Source: an uncultured Bacilli bacterium (lineage in GTDB: Bacteria > Bacillota_I > Bacilli_A > RF39 > UBA660). Taken from it: 64,000 nucleotides of DNA. The position numbers and the translations under genes are program-made. Below are positions 45,242 to 53,900 of the stretch, piece by piece. The stretch's first letter is position 1. Each line of letters starts with the position of its first letter. Under the pieces are notes generated by a model. The model worked only from the letters and a program-made list of their open reading frames with translations, had not been told where the DNA came from and made no database searches. The stretch lies in contig CANQYK010000001.1 of assembly GCA_947628065.1 (NCBI GenBank), forward strand, positions 7,372 through 71,371, given 5' to 3'.

Positions 45242-45759
45242 ATAAACATTTTATCAAAAATAACAAATTTAGACAAGGCAAAGAAATTTGAGTTGTTTTG
45301 CCCTTTCTTTTATATAAAAAAATGAATCTGTGAATAAAACAAATTCATTTTTTTATCAAAACTAAAATCAGAATATTAACTTTATTTTAAAGGGAAAAGA
45401 TTATAAGGTATATTAAAAGAATGGTAGTGATCAATACTCCTAAAATTAAACCAGCGATTGCTATTGGTAATCCTCGTTCTTTTGTTTTTCTAATTTGAAT
45501 GATACTGATTATTGAAAAAATGATTGTTAAAAGACTAAGAATTCCTAAAAAATTCAGTTTTAATGAAACAATTCCTAAAATTAAACTAACTATGGACATT
45601 TTGTTAATGGGTTTCTTTTCGGTAACGTTACTTTCATTGGTTTTTAAAGTCTTTTGCATAATTACCTCCTTTTCTTTAAAAGAATATCATATTATTTCAA
45701 AATGTCAAGAAAAATTAAAAAGTCATAGAAAATATTTCTTCTTTTCTATGACTTCTTCC
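45242..45759. repeat. copy 2 of the segmental direct duplication (longer copy)
   Basis: See copy 1 (44511..44914). Confidence 0.8.
45387..45659 (-). CDS. small membrane protein (DUF4190-like)
   Basis: This 90-aa protein has hydrophobic segments flanking QIRKTKERGLPIAIAGLILG, and an AGGAGG RBS. Confidence 0.6.
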   Translation of the reverse strand: MQKTLKTNESNVTEKKPINKMSIVSLILGIVSLKLNFLGILSLLTIIFSIISIIQIRKTKERGLPIAIAGLILGVLITTILLIYLIIFSL

Positions 45760-45766
45760 TGCTATT

Positions 45767-46678
45767 TTATCTTTTTTTCGAAAAAGATATACCGGTGGCT
45801 TTTTCTATAATCTCAGGTGAAACATGAAGGCTTTTTAATATTTCAGCCGTTTTTTGATTCGCATTTTCTTCGCCTCGTTCATATCCTCTATCATATCCCG
45901 CTGAGTTTGCACGATATTCTATCGTTCTTGTATTTTCATAAATATCACCCAACATTACTTCTACATTATCATGGTATAAATCTTCCATTATTTCACTTCC
46001 TTTCGCTACTTTTAAAGCATCTTTTCTTTTATCTGTATAAGCTACAAATAAAAACTTTTCATATTCTGTCAGTTCTTTGTCTTTATTATAATACTTTAAC
46101 CAAACATTCGGAAGATAGATATCTACGATTTGTACTTTTTTCGTATATAAATTCTTCTCATCGTTTTGGATATAGTAAACATCTTCTATTTTTTCTTCTT
46201 TCCCGCGAACTCCAAAATTATTGAAGTTAATAAGAACTGCTCGCTCTACTTCCCTCTTTATTTTCTCTTTTTCATCTGCTTTTATCTTCCTACTTTGATA
46301 TTCCATATCAAAATGCATCATATTGATATTTACATAGGATAAATTTCGCATCCGATCGTCTTTTTTTGTAGAATCATTAAACTCAATTTGATAAAGGACC
46401 TTTTTATAAATCACAGCAATATCACAACAATAAGCTTTTTCTTCTATTTTTGTTTTTCCAATGATGTTTTTATAAAACCTTATTTTATCAATGTTTTCTA
46501 TAATATGATACCCTGCATAAGGAAATAACAAATAAGCAATATACTTCTTTCCCTTTTCCGTTAAAAAGATTGCTTTGCTTACAGTATCAGCAAAAGCTGG
46601 TACTTTTTCTGTTTTCCCATATTCTTTTCTTCCATATAGAAGTGCATATTTTTTTGTTTTCATTGTCTCTGTTGGCAT
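45767..46678 (-). CDS. Rpn/YhgA-like PD-(D/E)XK recombination-promoting nuclease (putative transposase family)
   Basis: CDIAVIYKKVLYQIEFN is a D...E-x-(Q/N)-type nuclease core. The segment VLINFNNF is present, and the C-terminal AGYDRGYERGEENANQKTAEILKSLHVSPEIIEKATGIS tail is typical of this family. The call rests on pattern memory only. Confidence 0.55.
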   Translation of the reverse strand: MPTETMKTKKYALLYGRKEYGKTEKVPAFADTVSKAIFLTEKGKKYIAYLLFPYAGYHIIENIDKIRFYKNIIGKTKIEEKAYCCDIAVIYKKVLYQIEFNDSTKKDDRMRNLSYVNINMMHFDMEYQSRKIKADEKEKIKREVERAVLINFNNFGVRGKEEKIEDVYYIQNDEKNLYTKKVQIVDIYLPNVWLKYYNKDKELTEYEKFLFVAYTDKRKDALKVAKGSEIMEDLYHDNVEVMLGDIYENTRTIEYRANSAGYDRGYERGEENANQKTAEILKSLHVSPEIIEKATGISFSKKR

Positions 46679-46798
46679 TTTCTTCCTCCTTTCGATTTAT
46701 TATTTTTGAGAACCTCTATTACTTATATAAACCAAAAAGGAAGAATCTTTCGCAAAAAAACAAAAAAAAGAAAGTTTTTACTTTTTCGTAAATCCTTT

Positions 46799-47482
46799 CT
46801 ACTGCATAATTTGAAAATGATTTCCAGAATCCAAATAAAGGTATCCTTTCTTTCCTCCTAATTGTGGTAATACTTCATTATAATAATTAATCATTTTAAA
46901 CTTTGTTAAGGTTAAATAAACACTATTGCCATCATCCATATAAAGAAGAAAACGATCCTTATCAAATTCATTTGGAACATAACTAATTTCACTAATACTC
47001 GTTCGAACATCAGCATTAATTTTTAACATTGCTTTTATAAACTTATCATATTTAGTATTGGGTACATAATTGATTAATTTTGGAACACTATAAGAAATAT
47101 CATGATTGGTCGCAAGCTCGTCTTTGTTGTCCAAAACAAGCTTTCCGCTATCCTCTTTTTTTACTAAAACTTTGTATTCTGATACATTTATTGTTATTAC
47201 ATGGTAAAAACTTTTTTTGACCGTAACCTTCTTAATAAAAGGACTCTTCTCTAAAGTTTTTTTGATCTTACTTGAGGACGTTTTATAAAAACTAGGATAA
47301 TATTCAAGTCCTGTTAACTCTAGTATTTCATCATCGGTAATATTCACATTTCCTTTGATAATGATATTTTGAACTTTCGTATCCAAAAATACATCCACTA
47401 GAAAAACAACTCCAGCAATCACTAGAATAAAAAGAAAAAATGGTAAAATTTTTATTTTTTTCTTTTTGACGACTTTTGACAT
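46799..47482 (-). CDS. divIB: cell division protein DivIB/FtsQ
   Basis: The protein has a basic N-terminus, a single TM segment, and POTRA-like (VQNIIIKGNVNITDDEILELTGL) and FtsQ-like regions. Its position downstream of murG-murB fits. Confidence 0.7.
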   Translation of the reverse strand: MSKVVKKKKIKILPFFLFILVIAGVVFLVDVFLDTKVQNIIIKGNVNITDDEILELTGLEYYPSFYKTSSSKIKKTLEKSPFIKKVTVKKSFYHVITINVSEYKVLVKKEDSGKLVLDNKDELATNHDISYSVPKLINYVPNTKYDKFIKAMLKINADVRTSISEISYVPNEFDKDRFLLYMDDGNSVYLTLTKFKMINYYNEVLPQLGGKKGYLYLDSGNHFQIMQ

Positions 47483-48393
47483 GTTTCCTTCTCCCAATTT
47501 ACAAATTCTTGTTCTATTTTTAATTTTATTCCATAGTGCTCATAAACTTTATCTTGTACATATAAAATTAAATCGTGAATATCTTTCGCACTTGCTCGAT
47601 TTTTGTTTACAATAAAATTTGCATGTTTTAAGCTAACCTCTGCCCCACCTTTCCTTTTTCCTTTTAAACCAATATCTTCAATTAACTTTCCAGCATACAT
47701 CCCATCTGGATTTCTAAAAACACTTCCAGCTGACGGATATTCCAAGGGCTGGCTTTCCATTCTTCTAGCCCTTCTTTCTTTTACAATGGCATCTAGCTCT
47801 TTCTTATCACCTTTCGCAAGTTTTAAGACAGCTTCTAAACATATATAATTCTCATGACTTTGTAAGAAAGAGGTACGATAGTGAAAATCCATTTCTTTGT
47901 TGGTTAGTGTAATAATACGAAGATCATCGGTTACAACCGTTACGGACTGTACAATATAGCCCATATCACTATTATAAGCACCAGCATTCATATAGATCGC
48001 ACCACCAATGGTTCCTGGGATTCCACTTGCAAACTCCAAACCACACAAACCTCTTTTTACGGCTTCTTTTGCTACTTTCATTAAAGACACACCGGCACCA
48101 CAAATAACTTTATTTCGAACAAACGTCATGGTATCAAAACAATCAAGTTTAATTAAAACACCATCATACGTTTGATCACTAAAAAGTAAGTTACTACCAT
48201 TGCCTAATATTTTATACTTTAAATCATATTTTCTTATTAACTTTAACAAAGAAACAAGCTTTCCTTTGTTTTTTGGATAGATGATAACGGGTGCGATTCC
48301 TCCTACCTTATACGTCGTATATTTTGATAAAGAGACATCTTGAACGATTTTCCCGATTTCTTTTTTTTCCACTTCTTTTATAAATTCTTGCAT
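47452..48393 (-). CDS. murB: UDP-N-acetylenolpyruvoylglucosamine reductase
   Basis: The motifs YTTYKVGG, ILGNGSNLLF, GIPGTIGGAIYMNAGAY and PSAGSVFRNP are present. Confidence 0.92.
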   Translation of the reverse strand: MQEFIKEVEKKEIGKIVQDVSLSKYTTYKVGGIAPVIIYPKNKGKLVSLLKLIRKYDLKYKILGNGSNLLFSDQTYDGVLIKLDCFDTMTFVRNKVICGAGVSLMKVAKEAVKRGLCGLEFASGIPGTIGGAIYMNAGAYNSDMGYIVQSVTVVTDDLRIITLTNKEMDFHYRTSFLQSHENYICLEAVLKLAKGDKKELDAIVKERRARRMESQPLEYPSAGSVFRNPDGMYAGKLIEDIGLKGKRKGGAEVSLKHANFIVNKNRASAKDIHDLILYVQDKVYEHYGIKLKIEQEFVNWEKETCQKSSKRKK

Positions 48394-49476
48394 CTAATCA
48401 TTCCTTACTAATTTTTTGCATTCCAAATATATTTTTGTCGCACTATCTTGAACAGAGCGTTGTTTTAAAGCTTTTTTCATACTTTTTTGTTTTTCTTCAT
48501 CCAATAAGATCAAATCAATCTTTTTAAGTAGTATATCTTCCTTAAAATCTTTCTCTTCGATTATTAGGGCTGCCCCATCTTTTTCTAAAGCCATGGCATT
48601 TTTCATTTGATGATTATGGGTAACATAAGGACTTGGTACCATAATCGAAGGAAGACAAATGGATGTAATCTCAGCAATCGTGGATGCTCCACTTCTTGTT
48701 ACAATTAAATCTGCATCCTTCATAAGACGGATTAAGTCTTGATAAAATGGAACAATCTTTACATTTTTTGGTATTTCTACTTTTTGATATGATTCGTAAT
48801 AGTCCTTTCCAGTAATAAATAAAACTTGATAGTCCTTATCTTTAAAGGAAGGTATCATTTCTTTTAATTTTTGATTCATCGTCATGGAACCAAGACTTCC
48901 CATAACAATAATAACAAGTTTTTTCTCATCTTGAAAGCCTAAAGTACTTTTTTTTATCTTTTTTATTGTGGCAATCTCTTCACTTCTAGGGTTTCCTGTA
49001 TAAATTGTTTTCTTTTGGGGAAACTTTTTCTTGCTTTCTTCAAACGATACAAAAATAAGATCGACAAAATGACTTAAAAATTGATTGGATAAGCCAGGGA
49101 TCGAGTTTTGTTCATGAATTGCCGTTTTGATTCCTAACTTGCTAGCAGCATACAAAACAGGAGCCGTGATATAACCACCGACACCAATTACCAAATCAGG
49201 TTTAAATTTTTGAAGGTGTTCTTTGGCTATTTTAATGGCTCTCTTATAGATCTTTAATACTTCTATATTATTGAATACATGACTTCGGTCAAAACCTTTC
49301 ATTTCAATTCCAAGATAAGGTATCTTTTCCTTTGGTATCATATCCTTTTCCATTCTATCAGTCGTACCAATATATAAGATTTCCAAATTTTTCTCTTTTT
49401 CTTGGAACTTATGAATAATCGCCAAAGCAGGAAAAATATGTCCTCCTGTCCCACCAGCAGTAACCACAATTTTCAT
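48394..49476 (-). CDS. murG: UDP-N-acetylglucosamine--N-acetylmuramyl-(pentapeptide) pyrophosphoryl-undecaprenol GlcNAc transferase
   Basis: The motifs TAGGTGGHIFPALA and RSGASTIAEI are present in a 360-aa protein. Confidence 0.92.
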   Translation of the reverse strand: MKIVVTAGGTGGHIFPALAIIHKFQEKEKNLEILYIGTTDRMEKDMIPKEKIPYLGIEMKGFDRSHVFNNIEVLKIYKRAIKIAKEHLQKFKPDLVIGVGGYITAPVLYAASKLGIKTAIHEQNSIPGLSNQFLSHFVDLIFVSFEESKKKFPQKKTIYTGNPRSEEIATIKKIKKSTLGFQDEKKLVIIVMGSLGSMTMNQKLKEMIPSFKDKDYQVLFITGKDYYESYQKVEIPKNVKIVPFYQDLIRLMKDADLIVTRSGASTIAEITSICLPSIMVPSPYVTHNHQMKNAMALEKDGAALIIEEKDFKEDILLKKIDLILLDEEKQKSMKKALKQRSVQDSATKIYLECKKLVRND

Positions 49477-49491
49477 AAGAATCGATCCTTT

Positions 49492-50865
49492 CTACTTATT
49501 ATATTCTTCTATGATCTTTTGAAATTCCTCCTTGATAAGAAGAAGCCTTTCTTTTGTTTTTGCTTCAAAACGGGCAGTAATATTGGGTCCTGTATTACTA
49601 TAACGTACACTTGCCCATCCATCCTCAAAGGTTACGCGAACACCATCAATGGTATTGATATCATAGTCTTTTTCTTTGCAGTATTCAAGTACTTTCTCTA
49701 CAACAAAAGCTTTCTTTTCATCGGTGGATGGATATTTTATTTCTGGTGTTGCAACATATCTTGTAATTCCATCTAGCAGTTCATCTACACTCTTATTGGT
49801 ATGGGATAAAAGTTCTAAAAGGCGAAGTCCTGCATAAAGACCACTATCAAAACCTAAGAAGCGATCACGAAAATAAATATGACCGGATAACTCTCCTCCA
49901 AAAGCAAGATCCAACTCTTGTACTTTGGCTTTGGTATAAGAATTACCTGTTCGATAACAATAAGGTGTTCCTCCTAGTTTTTTTATCTCATCTTCTAGTG
50001 ACTTACTACATTTTACATCATAAAGAAATGTTTTATTCCTAACTTTCGAAATCAAATCTCGAATCATAATAATCATATAATAATCCATGGGAATAAATGT
50101 TCCACTGTTTGATATTACCCCTACCCGGTCACCATCACCATCAAAGGAAAGTCCAACATCTGCTTTTTCTTTTACGACTTCTTTTTTTAACTCTGTTAAG
50201 TTTTCTTCGATGCTAGGATCGGGATGATGGTTTGGAAAATTACCATCGCTTTCTTTGTTGATTATTTTATATTTTATAGGGAATTTGGAATAAAGTTCTT
50301 CAAGAAGAATTGCTGTTGTACCATTGGCAGGATCAAGAACAACAGAAATCTCACGATCTCCAAAGGAAAGACCATCTGAAATTGCTTTAAAATAAGCATC
50401 TTTTACGTCCCTTTTTTGAATACTACCAGATCCACTTTTAAAGTTTCCTTCCATGATATACTGGTAAAAATCTTCTATCTCTTTTCCTTTCGCATTTTGA
50501 TAAGTAGAAAAAGCAAATTTAAAACCATTCTCATCTTTTGGATTATGACTTGCTGTTATCATCATTCCACAATCAATTTTGAAATAAAGGCAAGCAAAAT
50601 AATACATTGGTGTCGTAGTTAACCCAAGATCAATGATATCAACTCCGGTATCGGTTATTCCCTTGATTAAAGTCTTATGAATTCTAGGACTCGAAATACG
50701 GTTATCATGCCCTACAACACAACAAGTTTTACCAAGCTCTTGTATTTTACTACCAAAACCAAGACCAATGGTATAGACTACATCGTCCAAAAGGTCAACA
50801 TCTGCAATCCCTCTAATGTCATATCCTCGAAAAATATTTTTATTTATCTTATTTGTTATCTTCAT
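49492..50865 (-). CDS. alpha-D-phosphohexomutase (phosphomannomutase/phosphoglucomutase type)
   Basis: The motifs FRGYDIRG, TASHNPKDENGFK (active-site Ser loop), FDGDGDR and GGELSGH are present. It does not look like GlmM, which has an FGTDGVRG N-terminus. Confidence 0.85.
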   Translation of the reverse strand: MKITNKINKNIFRGYDIRGIADVDLLDDVVYTIGLGFGSKIQELGKTCCVVGHDNRISSPRIHKTLIKGITDTGVDIIDLGLTTTPMYYFACLYFKIDCGMMITASHNPKDENGFKFAFSTYQNAKGKEIEDFYQYIMEGNFKSGSGSIQKRDVKDAYFKAISDGLSFGDREISVVLDPANGTTAILLEELYSKFPIKYKIINKESDGNFPNHHPDPSIEENLTELKKEVVKEKADVGLSFDGDGDRVGVISNSGTFIPMDYYMIIMIRDLISKVRNKTFLYDVKCSKSLEDEIKKLGGTPYCYRTGNSYTKAKVQELDLAFGGELSGHIYFRDRFLGFDSGLYAGLRLLELLSHTNKSVDELLDGITRYVATPEIKYPSTDEKKAFVVEKVLEYCKEKDYDINTIDGVRVTFEDGWASVRYSNTGPNITARFEAKTKERLLLIKEEFQKIIEEYNK

Positions 50866-50948
50866 TTTTATCACTCTCTTTTGAGCTTATTATACCATGA
50901 TTTTCTTTTTTCTTAATAGTTACCTTACACAATTTTACAGAAGAAAAA

Positions 50949-50968
50949 ACATTTGACACTATTTGTCA
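50949..50968. repeat. direct repeat A flanking the 1524-aa gene
   Basis: ACATTTGACACTATTTGTCA here matches 55615..55637, which reads ACATTTTTTGACACTATTTGTCA. The shared 17-nt core is TTTGACACTATTTGTCA. Confidence 0.75.
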
Positions 50969-50983
50969 TGCAAAAAAGAAAAG

Positions 50984-53900
50984 CTATTTTGCTTTTCCTT
51001 CTAACGTTTGTTTTTTCTCTTGTTCCATTACATACTTGTTAAGTGCTTCTACCATATTGGAGTAACCTAACGCATTCATATTATCGGCAATAAAATTATC
51101 GTGTAAATATCCTCTTTTCTCTTCTATTGTTTTCTCTTTGTTTCGCTCTGCAAAATGATTCTCTCCAAAATCCCATACGGTATAAGATGCTTTAAATTCA
51201 TCAAAATTCTTATTCTTACTTGCTTCTACAAAACTTTTCGCAGCATCATAGAAAGATCCACCATGTTGTAAAATCCAATTTTCAATACCAGAGCCTCCCA
51301 TTCCTCCTTGTGTTTCATCACTTCGTTTTGGTTTATAAATATGATTTTCTTTAAAGAATTGTTTGGCAAGTAATATATTTCCTACTACATACTGATACTT
51401 TTCTTCATCCTGACTTTTTATCGTATCAAGCCGATCTTTCAAACAAGCATCGGTAGAATAAGCTATTTTATTTGTTTTAACTGCAAAGGAAATATCTACA
51501 TCAAGCGAAGTTCCATCTTCTGTTTCTACTCCTTTATAACGAAAATCACCACCATTTGTCTCAACCATTTGTTCTGTTTTATATTTGGTAAGTTCTTCTC
51601 TTAATGTACCTTTAAATATCTTATATTTTTCTTCGTCTTGCATTAGCTCTCTATCAACGCGCAGTAGGAAATCAAAATCCCCTTCCCCTAATGAATTGGT
51701 AGATCTTCCCGTTGATCCTGTATCGATTAATTCAACAGAAGAAGGTGTTAAGTCTCCATCGATTTCTCTTTTTAAGGTCAGAGAAGATCCTGTTTTCTCA
51801 TTATAAACCGATAAAGCATTTTCTATCATTGCATCTATTTTTTCTCTTTTTTCTTTCGTTTTTTCTTCGTTTTCTTTTAAATGTCCAACAATTTCTTCTA
51901 TTTCCTCATTTACAAGATGACTTGAAAAATGATATTCTTTGGTACCATAATAAGAAAGTCCATCCATTTTCTCTCTTAAATCTTGATACTCTTCTTCGGT
52001 ATAAATAAGATTTCCACTAAAATCAACCACTGGAATATAAAGACCATTTCGAGCAAGTTCAAACTTTATGGTATTTAAATCATCATAACGTCCAGCCTCA
52101 CTTTCAAGGTAACAAACATTCCCCGATACGTCATATGGTTGGTCTTTGTTAATGGTTAGATTTTTCTTATATAAAATATAGTCTACATCGGTAAAAGAAA
52201 ATCCTGTTCGGATACCATAATGATTATCATAACCAGTTTGAAACATTTCAAGTTTCTTGGGATCGTATTTTGTAACCACCTCTTCTTGATCTTTTTCTCT
52301 TGTTATAACAAGATTGGGATTATCCTTTCGTAATACAACATAAACATTTCCAAAACCAAAACCAGTTGGTGTTCCCTTTATCGCATCATATATATTTTTA
52401 TTCTCTTTTATCCTCGTAAAGTCAACATCCAAAGGTGTTGTATCCGATTCACTGCGATTGGTAAAAGTTGCCAAATACTCTTTGCTATAATTTCCTGTAT
52501 TAAGAGAACTTCCTAATACTTTAAAGTCCCCAATTGACCGTAGAAAGTCTCCTTCTTCCAATTGAAATTTTTTTGTTTTTAATTCTTCTGCTCTTTCTTT
52601 ATTTCTTCGGTTCGCATCCTTTATCGTATTTTTGATATCTTCTTTCATACTAGCATAAGAAGGGTATCCTGCAAAATAAGCAAAACTTCGAACAATTCGG
52701 TCTTTTAAATCATAACGACTGGTCACTTCCATTTTTTGTTTATAATAAGATAATTTTTCTTCCAAGCTTTCTTCCTTTCTTGCATCTTTTTTCCCTTTTT
52801 CCGTATTTTGATAAAGTGTTTCTAGATGTGATAAGAACAAAGTAAGTGTAGATTTTTCTTCCTTACTAAGCGTTGATACTTGTTGTTCTCCCCTTTCTAT
52901 TTTCTCAAGTAAGGTATTTCCTTCTTCTAGATTGGAAAGATAAGAAAGCAAATCTCTACTTCCTGATTTTACAGCATTTCTTATCATATCATTATAAAGA
53001 ATCATAAACCGGTAATCCGTAGGACTTCCATTTTTTAAACCAACATGTGGAAGATAAGAATTTTGTAACATTGGTGCCATTCTACTGTGATCCGTAAAAT
53101 TAAACTCTTCTAAGTTTGGGTATAGTATTTGAAAACAACGAAACATTTTCCCAACCATGGGCAAATTATTTTTTATAAATACTTCTTCCATTTGTTCTAG
53201 ACTATCCATAGGAGCATCTGATTTTAGTAGTTGTTTGGCGAAAGAGTTACAGAAGGTATTCATCTCACTCGCATTGGATAGGGTAATTTGTTTTAAAATA
53301 GTAACCAAATCGTCCATCTTATCAACATCAACTTCATAGTTTTCCTCTTTAAGATAATCATTAAAAACATCTTCCAACTCCATATTTAAAACTCTATCAT
53401 AGATCGATACTGCTTTTAGATATTTTGTATTCCTAAGAACAAAATTGGTATCACTTTGAAATAATTTCGTAAGACCCAAAAATTGAGATGGAAAACCATA
53501 AAGGATATTGGTGTGATCAAATTGTTCTAATAAATCCATATTCTTCTCAAAGTCTTCTAAGGTAAGTTCTTTTTTATAAAATTTTTCTTTTATAGCATCT
53601 TTTAGATGCTCCTTTACAAAAAGATTGGGATAACGATTTTTAAAGTGGGTTGGCATACTACTATCATACTTCATTCCCTTATCGATTGCATTTTTTATTT
53701 TCTCATCTATTTGTGTTAGTAGTTCTTCTTTGGTTAAATTTTCTCCTTCTATTCTTTCTATTTTAGCTCCTGTTATATAGCTTTCATAAAGAAGTAAAAA
53801 ATCAAAACCTTCTTTTTGTCCAAAAACATCATAAATAGAGTTTAACAACCCATTTGGTAGTTCATCAAAAACAACACGAAGATCTTTTTCTCTTAATAAG

